From Octopus vulgaris (lineage: Eukaryota), in contig OX597838.1 in the NCBI GenBank assembly GCA_951406725.2, positions 4,278,001 through 4,342,000 of the forward strand: 64,000 nucleotides of DNA, written 5' to 3'. The translations under genes and the position numbers were made by a program. Positions 1 to 11,750 of this stretch are shown piece after piece. The notes below the pieces were generated by a model that saw only the letters and a program-made list of their open reading frames with translations, was not told the DNA's origin and ran no database searches. Positions within the stretch are counted from its first letter, which is position 1. Each line of letters begins with the position of its first letter.

Positions 1-11
1 CAATAAGCAAT

Positions 12-400
12 CATCATCGTTTAACGTCCACTTTCCATGCTAGCATGGGTTGGACGGTTCAACTGGGGTCTGGGGAGCCCGAAGGCTGCACCAGGCCAGT
101 CAGATCTGGCAGTGTTTCTACAGCTGGATGCCCTTCCTAACGCCAACCACTCCGAGAGTGTAGTGGGTGCTTTTTACATGCCACCTGCACTGATGCCAGG
201 CGAGGCTGGCATCGGCCACGGTCGGATTGGTGCATTTTACGTGCCACCGGCACAGAAGCCAGTCGAGGCGGCACTGGCTTCGGTCACGATTCGGATGGTG
301 CTTTTTACATGCCACTGACATGGAAGCCAGTCGAGGTGGCGCTGGCATCGGCCACGATTCGGACAGTGCTTTTTACGTATCTCCAGTCCAGGGGTCCTGG
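12..400 (-). mobile_element. Repeat family C ((GAT)n tail, internal TTTTACGTGCCACCGGCAC subrepeats; RTE-3'-like retroposon)
   Basis: Copies at ~16750-17200, 21745-22080, 24870-25525, 29250-29620, 43040-43385. Confidence 0.75.
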
Positions 401-798
401 CATCTGCCGGGTGCCAAAGATGGTTCCAGATGGCCCAGCACGATCCTGTTCAAAGAAAACATGCCGGTTTTTAATTCGTTGCCTAGACTCCCGTGTGTCC
501 CAGCTTTCTCCTGCTAATGGCCACAAGACCAACGAAACAGTTTGTCTGATCAGAGGGGCCTGAGGGGGAAAATAGTCTTGGAAACACTGCTCTGAAACCG
601 GAGATGCACTCTACTTCTGCAGTTCCATTCTGACATATGGCATATCTTGGGGTATCTAAACTCGACAGGTCAGTGAGTAGTTTGTTCTGGGGCAAGGGGT
701 CTTCTTGCACATCCGTTCAGCTTCCTTTCAAAAGCGAACAAACCCCAAAGCATTTCAATCTAAAAATTCAAGGACAAAAAAAATGTGAATTCGAGGTC

Positions 799-997
799 AA
801 CCCAGGTTCTACAAATTCCTGGTACCATGTAACCCAGGTTCTACAAATTCCTGGTACCATGTAACCCAGGTTCTACAAATTCCTGGTACCATGTAACCCA
901 GGTTCTACAAATTCCTGGTACCATGTAACCCAGGTTCTACAAATTCCTGGTACCATGTAACCCAGGTTCTACAAGTTACTGGTACCATGTAACCCAG
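799..997. repeat. 32-bp minisatellite x6.2 (AACCCAGGTTCTACAAATTCCTGGTACCATGT)
   Basis: Units start at 799, 831, 863, 895, 927, 959, 991; first five identical. Confidence 0.97.
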
Positions 998-1184
998 TTT
1001 AATCTGTCTCATGCTTCATAATGAAACCAAATCCATCTCTATCCAGTTCTATCCTGATCCCTTAATTCTTCATACTAATCTGTCTGAGACCACCACCCTC
1101 GGCCCTGATACAAGCTTCTTGCTTTAATGCTTTTACTGCAGAAATCAGATATACCCACTCAAAATATAATTACTCTTAATTCTC

Positions 1185-1536
1185 TCTTTACTCTTTTACT
1201 TGTTTCAGTCATTTGACTGCGGCCATGCTGGAGCACCACCTTTTAGTACTTATTCTATCGGTCTCTTTTTGCCAAACCGCTAAGTGACGGGGACGTAAAC
1301 ACACCAGCATCGGTTGTCAAGCAATGCTAGGGGGACAAACACAGACACATACACATATATATATACATATATACGACAGGCTTCTTTCAGTTTCCGTCTA
1401 CCAAATTCACTCACAAGGCATTGGTCGGCCCGGGGCTATAGTAGAAGACACTTGCCCAAGGTGCCACGCAGTGGGACTGAACCCGCAACCATGTGGTTGG
1501 TTAGCAAGCTACTTACCACACAGCCACTCCTGCGCC
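1185..1536 (-). mobile_element. tRNA-derived SINE family A (GGCGCAGGAGTGGCTGTGTGGTAAG...CCTTGGGCAAGTGTCTTC...); many copies
   Basis: A/B-box head, internal CA/TA microsatellite, GAGTAAAA tail; other copies ~2975-3369, 8425-8821, 11757-12164, 26712-27121, 38595-38938, 42421-42815, 43722-44112, 46730-47090, 55967-56330. Confidence 0.9.
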
Positions 1537-2816
1537 TAATTGTGGAAAATAATTTTATTTTCCCAATCTATTTTTTGTTGAGGAATGTCTTGTTTGAAAC
1601 TATTTTCTATTGAGATTTGAGATATGTCAAGCTTATCAAAACAACAGGACTTGCAGAAAATACCAATCCTATTTTTTGGGGAGATATTTACCATCATTAT
1701 TGGAATAGCCATGGAATTTAATTTCACAGTGAAAGGATTAAAAATGATGATGATGATCGTCAACATTTACTGTCCATTTTCCAAGTTGGCATGGGTTGGA
1801 TGGTTTGACAGGAGCTGACCAGTCAGAGAACTGTCTACACTCCAGCCGTCTGTTTTGGTATGGTTCCTATGGCTAGATGCCCTTCCTAATGGCAACCACT
1901 TCACAGAGTGTTCTGGGTGCTTTTTATGTGCTACTGGCATGGGTGGATTTACATAGCACCGACACAAACACGTTTTATGTGGCACCGACACAAGTGCATT
2001 TGATGTGGCACTGGCACTGGTGTGTCACCCGCAAGATGGTGGGAGGGAGAGGGAGTGGGGAGCCTGGCCATAAAGGACATGCCTGTACATATAGACGACA
2101 GCATTCTGTATCTAACCCCACTTTTTTTTTTTTTTTTTCTAAGGTGTGTGAGATAATGAAACCATGAAAGGATCAAAAGGTCCTCCTTGTGGTCAGTTTA
2201 CTTGATTCTGTAGAGCAAATAGTACCCAACCAGCTGGACAGGATGCTGGTTCGTTGCAGGATTAATTATCTTTGCCAGCTGTGGGATTGAAACCATGACC
2301 TTATGATCAGGAGTGTAACACCCTAACCATTAAGCCACATGGGGAGTCATGGCTGCTATTTCTAGCATTTTGTGTACTTGCACAGTGAACTCCCTGATTT
2401 GATTACTTTGTGGCCGTTTTAGTTGTTATTTTACTCTGTGCATTCCAACCATGACCATCCTGTCCAATTCCTGCACCATAGAGTGCCATATAGTGGTAAC
2501 TACATCCTCTAATGTGTCTGCTTTTTTGTAAAATCAATAAAATCTGAAAGATTATTAAAACAATATAAAGTTTAAAAAAACAAACAAAAAAATTAAAAAA
2601 GGATTAAAGAGAAATTTGGAAAAAATTGAAAATTTTAGTTTGTTTGTGCACGAAATTATTCTTGAAAAACTATGCTGCATATATACATACATAGATACAT
2701 GCATACATATATACACACACACAAAATTTAGAGGACTGACCACTAAAAGTGGATAGCCTGTATGCTAAATATAGATGTCAAAATCGCCATTTTCCATATA
2801 CATACATACATACATG

Positions 2817-2854
<38 letters not shown>

Positions 2855-5167
2855 CATACATACACACACACATCTATTCACAAACATACATATACACATT
2901 CACATTATATATACACACACACTCGCGCACACACACACACACACGAAGCATTTGTTCCACCCCTATTATGTATGCTCTTTACTCTTTTACTTGTTTCAGT
3001 CATTTGACTGCGGCCATGCTGGAGCACCGCCTTTAGTCGACCAAATCGACCCCGGGACTTATTCTTTGTAAGCCCAGTACTTATTCTATCGGTCTCTTAT
3101 GCCGAACCGCTAAGTGACGGGGACATAAACACACTAGCATCGGTTGTCAAGCAATGCTAGGAGGACAAACACAGACACACAAACATACACATATATATAT
3201 ATACATATATACGACAGGCTTCTTTCAGTTTCCGTCTACCAAATCCACTCACAAGGCATTGGTTGGCTCGGGGCTATAGCAGAAGACATTTGCCCAAGAT
3301 GCCACGCAGTGGGACTGAACCCGGAACCATGTGGTTGGTTAGCAAGCTACTTACCACACAGCCACTCCTATATATATAGTTTTCACAATTGCCTTCCTTG
3401 GACAGTTCAGTTGAAAGCAACCAGGCTGTCACTTTGAAGTTACTGTCAAACTTTCCCTTATGAAAATAATATGCGATGCTTTTATTTCAAATTGTACTGA
3501 GTGGTCATTCAAATAAATGTTCGCTTTTATACATGACTACACATACAAACAAACAAACATATCTATGAGTATATATATATATATATACATCCAGCAGGTG
3601 GTGGACAGAACTGCTTGCAGTGTAGTGGCGTGTGTGTGTGTGTGTGTGTGTGTGCATGGAAGTGGATTTGTAATTGCAGTTACTTCCCTTGAAGGCATGC
3701 CTCAACGTGAATTATTTTAATATAGAAATACATACACAAAATATATAAATACATACACGCATATATTCATACATGCGTACATACACACAGATGGAGAGAG
3801 GGAGAGAGAGAGAGACAGATATATATATATATATAAAGTGAGTGACAGGGGTGCATAACTGTGCAGTTTGGTGAAGTGAATAATAGTCACGCACACACAC
3901 TAAGAAAAGCACTTTAGCTGCACAACAACTTACATTTATTAAAACAATTGTTTTGTTCACTTTTTTTTTTTTTACATTTTATTTTTTGAAATCTTTTATA
4001 TAATTTTTGATGTTGCTTTTTGTGGTTTTTGTTCTAAATAGTTTTGTTTTTTTCCCTAAATCTGAGAACTGGTTGTGGTCGTTTGCAGTGGCTGTTTGCG
4101 ATCTTTGCTGCGTCCAAAATTTAGGAGCTGCACCGAAAACCTTATCATCTGCAAAACAGTAACATTTCGAAAATGTTCTACATTCAAAGAAGCAGCAAAA
4201 ACTAAATAATGTTTATCAGGAATTATATATATATTTTTTTATTTTGTTGGGCTTTTCTAGAAAGAAAGGTTCAATTTACAGAAGGATGGAAGAAGAGTGA
4301 GGCTGCTGAATGGGGTCAGGGATAGATTTGGTGTGATGAGGATGCTGATGACAGGGGTTAGAGCTAAGGAGGGGAGGCACCAGAGCTTGGTAACTAGATA
4401 TGAAAAAGCTAGTGTTAAAAGGGGCCGGTGGGGTAAAATGCCCTGTCTTTGCCCCTCCAGCTTGAAGCCTGTGGAAGACCTTGCGTCCACCTGCACATTG
4501 GCTGGGAGTTATGAGCAAGTGTTGTTGGACCCTATCTGTGTTGCAGGAGCATGCCCATCTCCCAGTCCTTTTGGCCTGCATGGTTACTCCAAGGATGCTC
4601 TTTGCAGAGGGTCCAAGGCAGTTAGGGATGTTCACTGTGAAAAAAGAAGGCTCCATAATTTTAGAAAAAAAGAGAGAACTAGATAGTGTGGAGCAGGGCT
4701 AAGGGCCACAAAAGTACATAGGAAAAGCTATACAAAAGGGAAGGGGAAATGCTAAATGTTGGCAAGGTATGTGGCTTTAATGAAAAAAAAGGAGCTGTAA
4801 CATACTTAGAAAAAGAAAACAACATGGTGAATAAAGGGCTACAAAGTGTTGGAAAATGGGATAATGTTGAAAAAAAGAGAATCAGAGCATTGAAAAAGTG
4901 GGCTCTAAGCACAGAAAAATGGGGCCACACAGCATTGAAAAAGGATATATGGTATTGAAAAAGAGGGTTACATGGTGGCAAAAAAATGTTATGCAGAGGT
5001 GAAAAGACAGGTTTGTGGTTGTGAAAGAAGTTCAACTAAAACAGGGCTACTAAGTGTAACAGAGAAAAGGGCTACATCGAGATTTTGAAGAGAATGTGAA
5101 GGAATGTTGTGCCCCTTAAATCTGGGGAAAAAGGGTAATGTGGCTGGGTTAAGTCAGCTCTACTTAC

Positions 5168-5317
5168 CAGCTATGATTCGATACCATGGCAATGTAACAT
5201 AGGTGAGGTAGGCGTGGAGAGCAACACTGGTGGCACGTCGTCGTTCTTTGAACCAATGCCATGGTTGACCAAAAGAACTCCCCCAGAATCCATTGTATTG
5301 TTCTGTTTCAGCTAATT
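5168..5317 (-). CDS. KIAA0930: KIAA0930 homolog exon 9 (ELAETEQYNGFWGSSFGQPWHWFKERRRATSVALHAYLTYVTLPWYRIIA)
   Basis: Matches human LYAHLTYVTLPLHRILT; TTAACAG acceptor, G|GTAAGT donor; 150 nt, phase 1-1. Confidence 0.95.
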
Positions 5318-6308
5318 CTGTTAAGAAGATTAAAAAGAGAGAAAAACAATTAATAAAATGGATCATATCTGAGATTAACACATCAAACGGCGAAATAAAT
5401 GGGAAGTATTAACTAAATTACAACCTTTCCCCCCCTCTCTCTCCCCCTTCCCACTCAAGGGGGGTGGGACTGTGGCTATGTGGTTAAGCAGTTTGCTTGG
5501 AAACTACAAGGGTTCTGGTTCAATTCCATTTCTGCCATTTTCTTTTAATTTTTGTAACCTGCTGAATTTGGAGGAAAGGACCTTACAGGTCCCCTGATAC
5601 AGGTGAGAGAAAGATAAGATATCCCCAAATCGGAAACCTGACCTGAATACGCTTGCAACAGAGACAACTATTAAAGGAACCGAGAGCGCCTTATGGTGGT
5701 GCTAAGTCTGTTCCCATGCCAGGATTTGAACTCAGAATGTAAAGCACCAAAACAAAGAACAGATGGCATCCATTCTACCAATTCACCACTTTGGATTGGT
5801 ACTTTTTTCATTTTCCATTTTATAACAGACCTTGAAATGATGAAAGGCAAAGTTGACTTAGGCTGGATTTGAACTCACAGCATAGAGAGTTGGAACAAAA
5901 GATGTGAACCTCTCTGTCTGGCACACAAACAACTGTCAGTCTGCTTACATTTACGGATAAATTCCTCTATTTACATAATATTGAGGTCTCTTTCATTCTT
6001 TTGTTGTCTTACCATTTCTATGAATAAATAAATAAATATATATATATATACACATACACATGCATACATATATATTTGACATCATAAGAATTTATAAACT
6101 TTTGAGAGAACGTGAAATAATGTATTTTTTTTTTGGAACAGTGAATCTTGAAGCACTTCACATAAAGCTATAAATAACATCATGTAAATATTGGATTGCA
6201 AAACCATTTTGGACAGAGAAAAATGAACAACGGTGACCTTTCAACCTTTTATATCCAAAAGGTATTTTCAGCCCAATATTTGCACACTCTTACGTGCTTC
6301 ACAACCCT

Positions 6309-6312
6309 ATAT

Positions 6313-6343
<31 letters not shown>

Positions 6344-6460
6344 CACACACATATACATATATATATATACATACACACACACATATATACATATATATAT
6401 ATACATACACACACACACATATATACATATATATATATATACACACACACACACATATAC

Positions 6461-6491
<31 letters not shown>

Positions 6492-6564
6492 TATACATAT
6501 ATATATATACACACACACACACATATATACATATATATATACACACACACACACACATATATAC

Positions 6565-6640
<76 letters not shown>
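6309..6640. repeat. Compound (TA)n(CA)n microsatellite; similar tracts at 47938-48393 and 40690-40910
   Basis: Direct reading. Confidence 0.95.
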
Positions 6641-6641
<1 letters not shown>

Positions 6642-7320
6642 AAATTCTATAATTATGGTAGTGAAATAGTTAGTCTTAACTGCTATTTCTAAATTTCAGT
6701 ATGTGGTGAAGCAAATTTTTGCTGAACCCTAATTATAATTATACTCATAATTATAGAATTTTTTAATAAGTTTACCAATAATGGTTCTTTTAACATACAG
6801 AACTACTTGGTAAAATTACTAATTATTAATTAATTAATTAATTAATTTTACCCTTTATTATATATATATATATATATTATTTATTATAGTTAAGATAAAA
6901 ATAGAAAGAAGCAAGTCAGACTGTTGCTTGGTTTAAGGTGGAATGATGCAAAGCTTCTAGCAGGGGGGCCATGCATGCAGACTGCACCTAGTTTGGCGCC
7001 TCCCACTTAACTATTTACCATCAACAAAAGCCAACAACTATGCAAAAAATCTACAAGAATATTATTGCAGTTTGGTAGAGCCATTTGGTGTGCCATTCAA
7101 ATCATGAAAAAATGGGACTGTGTTGTTGTGTCTGTGGCCATGCTGGGGCACCACTTCAAAGGGTTTAGTTTGAACACATCACCTCCAGTACTTTCCTCCT
7201 GCCACCCCCCTTCCCACCCAACTCTTGTACTTATTCTGTACTGCAAGGTTTTTTTTTTAATGCTCTAATGCTCCTGCCAGCTGTCACTGTTATGATAATA
7301 ATAATAATAATAACAATAAT

Positions 7321-7645
7321 ACGTTTATATATTTGCTGTGCAAAATTTTTTATGTGAAGTCGTGTGTTGAAACAGATATTGTTATATTTCGGAATGGTCA
7401 TTATGCCAGTTTAGCCAATAAAAACACACACACACACACACACTATATTTGGTCACAAATAAAGAAAGAAGAAAACAAAGGACCACTGATGCAGTCACAG
7501 AAGTGTGACGAAAGAACTCTGGCCGAAATAAGATTAAGATTAATGTAAAAAATAAATAACGCTGAAGCAAAGTAACACCAAATATATAGTGCGTGTGTTT
7601 TTATTGACTAAACTGGCAAAATGACCATTCCGAAATACAACAATA
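7321..7645 (+). mobile_element. Short Penelope-like non-autonomous element between (AAT)n tracts
   Basis: ~70-bp inverted arms (7376-7453 / 7576-7645) enclosing a hammerhead; (AAT)n on both sides. Confidence 0.6.
7480..7524 (+). ncRNA. Type I hammerhead-like ribozyme inside an inverted-repeat element
   Basis: GGACCA-CTGATGCA-GTCACA(GAAG)TGTGAC-GAAA-GAAC-TC-TGGCC; core has one deviation (CTGATGCA). Confidence 0.65.
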
Positions 7646-9230
7646 ATAATAATAATACTTTCTACTACAGGCACACAGCCTGAAATTTTGGGGGAGGGGC
7701 AAGTCGATTACATTGACCCTAGTGTTTGACTGGTACTTAATTTATCGACCCCGAAAGGATGAAAGGCAAAGTCAACCACGGTGAAATTTGAACTCACAAA
7801 GTAGTGACAGCCAAAATACCGCTAAGAATTTCGCCGAGTGTGCTAATAATTCTGCCAGCTTGCTGCCTTAATAATAACAATTATAATAATAATAGCACAG
7901 GTGTGGCTGTATGGTAAGAAGCTTGCTCCCCAACCAGTCCCATTGTGTGGGACCTTGGGCGAATGTCTTCTACCATAGTGTTGGGAGTGGATTTGGAAGA
8001 GAGAAACTGAAAGAGGCCAGTCGTGTATGTATGTATGTACATAGATACATATAGCACATAACTTCTGCTCCTTACTACTATAGAGACAAGGAGGCCCAGA
8101 ATTTGGCAGAAGAGGGTTAGTTGATTGCATCAACGCCACTGCTCATTTTGTTGTTATTCTATCAACCCTGAAAGGATGTAAAGCAAAATTTGGACTGGAA
8201 CAATATGAAATGCAGTGTTTTGCTCAAGAGCACAATGCAACGCCTGGTCCAGGAATCGAAACCACAATCTTATAATCCTGAGTCCCATACCCTAACCACT
8301 AAGCCATGTGCCTCCATGAATCTTAAGATTATCTCCCTTTGAGATTACGGCCAGTGATTGTATTAATTTTCTGATTTTCTAGCAATCACCCTGTATGTAT
8401 ATATATATATATATATATATTCGTTCATTCTTTTATTTGTTTCAGTCATGTGACTGTGGCCATGCTGGAGCACCACCATTTTAGTCTAACAAATCGACCC
8501 CAGAACTTATTCTTTGTAAGCCTAGTACTTATTCTATCGGTCTCTTTTGCCAAACCGCTAAGTTATGGGGACGTAAACACACCAGCATCGGTTGTCAAGC
8601 GATGGTGGGGAAACAAACACAAACACACAAACATACACACACATAAACATATATATATACATATGTGACAGGCTTCTTTCAGTTTCCATCTACTAAATCC
8701 ACTCACAAGGCTTTGGTCGGCCTGATGCTATAGTAGAAGACTCTTGCCCACAGCACCATGCAGTGGGACTGAACCCAGACCCATGTGGTTGGTAAGCAAG
8801 CTACTTGCCACACAGCCACTATACACGTGTGTGTGTCTGTCCTCCAACACTGCTTGACAACCAGTGTTGGTGTGTCCCAGTAAACTTAGCAGTTCAGCAA
8901 AATAGACTGATAGAATAAGCACTAGGCTTTAAAAAAATTAATAAGCACAGGGTTGATTCCTTTGGCTAAAAATTCGAGGCAGTGCTCCAGCATGGCAGAA
9001 ACAAGTAAAAGATAACAGATAATAATTCTACAAGAGGCACAAAACCTGAAATTTGGAGTTGGGGGTCAATGACATCATCCCACCCTCAGTGCTTCACTGG
9101 TACTTATTTTATTGCCCCCACACCACCACCACCACCCAAATGATGAAAGGCAAAGCTGACCTGGGTAGCATTTGAACTCAGAATGCAAAGAACTGGAAGA
9201 AATGCCACAAAGCATTCTGTTGTGTGTGCA

Positions 9231-10400
9231 AGCGTGAGAGTGAGCATGAGAGAGGGGGTGTGAGCGAGAAGGAGGGGGGTGTGAGCGTGAAGGAGGGGTG
9301 TGTGAGCGTGAGGGAGGTGGGTGTGAGCGTGAGGGAGGGGTGTGAGCGTGTGAGAGGAGTGTGAGCGTGAGGGAGGAGTGTGAGCGTGAGGGAGGAGTGT
9401 GAGCGTAAAGGAGGGTGTGTGAGCATGAGAGAGGGGGTGTGAGCGAGGAGGGGGTGTGAGCGTGAAGGAGGGGGGTGTGAGCGTGAAGGGAGGGGGTGTG
9501 AGCGTGAGGGAGGGGGTGTGAGCGTGAGGGAGGAGTGTGAGCGTGAGGGAGGAGTGTGAGCGTGGGGGAGGAGTGTGAGCGTAAAGGAGGGTGTGTGAGC
9601 GTGAGGGAGGGGTGTGAGCGTGAAGGAGGGGGTGTGAGCGTGAAGGAGGGGGGTGAGCGTGAGGGAGGGGGTGTGAGCGTGAGGGAGGGAGAGAACATGA
9701 GATAGAGCGCGAGAGAAAGTGAGAGCGTGAGAGAGGGAGTGTGAGAGAGAGAGAGAGAGAGTGTGAGAGAGAGTGCGAGAGAGAGAGAGAGTGTGCGAGA
9801 GAGAGAGAGAGAGAGTGTGCAAGAGAGAGTGTGTGCGAGAGAGAGAGTGTGTGAGAGAGAGAGTGCAAGAGAGAGAGAGCGTGCGAGAGAGAGAGAGTGC
9901 GTGCGAGAGAAAGAGTGCGAGAGAGAGAGAGCGTGCGAGAGAGAGAGAGCGTGCGAGAGAGAGAGAGCGTGCGAGAGAGAGAGAGAGCGTGCGAGAGAGA
10001 AAGAGCGTGCGAGAGAGAGAGAGAGCATGCGAGAGAGTGTGCGAGAGAGAGAGCGTGCGAGAGAGAGAGCGTGCGAGAGAGAGAGAGCGTGAGAGAGAGA
10101 GAGAGTGTGAGTGAGAGAGAGAGTGTGCGAGAGAGAGAGAGTGTGCGAGAGAGAGAGAGTGTGCGAGAGAGAGAGAGAGAGTGAGAGAGAGAGAGAGTGC
10201 GAGAGAGAGAGCGTGCGAGAGAGAGAGAGTGTGCGAGAGGGAGAGAGTGTGCGTGAGAGAGAGAGTGTGCGAGAGAGAGAGAGTGTGAGAGAGAGAGAGT
10301 GTGTGCGAGAGAGAGAGAGTGTGTGAGTGAGAGAGAGTGTGTGAGTGAGAGAGTGTGTGAGTGAGAGAGTGAGTGAGTGAGAGAGTGAGTGTGAATGAGA
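9231..10400. repeat. Compound G-rich satellite: ~19-bp GTGTGAGCGTGAGGGAGG units grading into interrupted (GA)n
   Basis: Direct reading; source of the spurious 469-aa and 426-aa ORFs. Confidence 0.95.
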
Positions 10401-11042
10401 GTGTATGAAAAAGTGTGTTAAATAGAGTGTGCATGTATGTGTGTATGTTTGTGTGCATGTATATCTCATTGTGTTTATATGCATATGAGTTTGTGTGTCA
10501 ATGTATGAAAGAGTGAGTGCTTAAGAAATGGCCGAAAACTCTGCCAAAAGACAAATCTGTGGTGAAAACATTAAAAGCAGAAACAGAACCGGAACAGTGT
10601 TATCCTCATCCACAACTCGTGCAAACTAGAAAGTGTGTATATTTAGAATAAGGAGAGAAAATAATAAAGTTTGGAGAATGCTGAGCTGAGACATAACGAG
10701 AGCTAATTATCTAGAGAAATTTTCATCTACCTCACCACCAAAACCATCTCACCAATCAATTCCTTTCATTATATATCAATGTCATCGTTTTTATGTCCAC
10801 TTTTTCATGCTGGTATGGGTTGGATGAGTGTTTTTTTTTTGTTGCAGTCAGATGGCCTTCCTGTCGGCAAACCTCACCACATTCCAAGAAAGCTATTATT
10901 TCCCCCTTAACTAGATATGATTTCCATGTAAGACTGGTAGTACTTGCATGATAACAATGCTCATTTATATTCATCACATGATGACTAGACAAAGGTACAC
11001 ACAAACACACACAGGTATGTCTATATATACACACACACATGC

Positions 11043-11089
<47 letters not shown>

Positions 11090-11347
11090 CACATACATAC
11101 ACACACGGACAAACATGTACATATGTATGTGTATATATATATATATATAATGTGCATACACACACAAAGCTTTTTTAGTTTCTGTTCCATTAAATCCACT
11201 CACAAGGCTTTGCTCAGCCTGGGGCTATAAAAGAAAACTTTTTCAAGGTGCCATGCAGTGGGATTGAACACAAGACCATATGGTTAGGATGGAAGCTTTG
11301 TAACCACATATCCACACTTAGAACACTGCGTTATATATATATATATA

Positions 11348-11750
11348 AAGGTAAATTTTCCTCAAAGGAATGTTTGGAAACAGCAATTACATGGAGTAAA
11401 GATTATTTGGCAACATAATGTGGAAGTCCTGGTTAGGACGAATGTTACTGTTATTTAGCCCCAGGAAACATCGTCTCCAGCTGGCTATCAACGCACTATC
11501 TGCGTCCTTATATTTTCAAACAAGGGAGTTTAGTGCCCCCGTTCGGCTCTAAAAGCAATATCTGTGTACAAATGGTTTCTGGGTTATCTCCCGTCATCAA
11601 CATCTCTGCTCGGCTAGAGATGGCGACAATAAATTCTTGTTTGAAATAAATACTTTTCAAAGTGACACACAATCACTGATCGCATAAAAAGAGAAATTAT
11701 TTCTAAATCTCTGAACGAGAGATATTCAGTAACAGAAATCTAGAGTCAAG
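11348..11750. mobile_element. (TA)n-adjacent element with two decayed hammerhead-like motifs in opposite orientation
   Basis: + strand TGTGGAA-GTCCT(GGTT)AGGAC-GAAT at ~11419-11443; - strand TTGATGA-CGGG(AGATAA)CCCA-GAAAC at ~11575-11600. Confidence 0.4.

Noticed and set aside
799-997. CRISPR-like 32-bp palindromic repeats
   Set aside because: No spacers, no cas genes, eukaryotic context; it is a minisatellite
1314-1613. Recurrent ORFs (DTCPRCHAVGLNPEPCGW etc.) resembling a gene family
   Set aside because: Antisense reading frames of SINE family A
2509-2543. Candidate last exon DFIDFTKKQTH*
   Set aside because: Runs into an old interspersed repeat and does not match the conserved C-terminus
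6196-6692. HT/YI/VC-rich ORFs (also 47843-48452, 40638-41049, 57661-58113)
   Set aside because: Microsatellite artefacts
9075-10484. 469-aa, 426-aa and 254-aa ORFs
   Set aside because: Translations of GA/GT satellite; no protein signal
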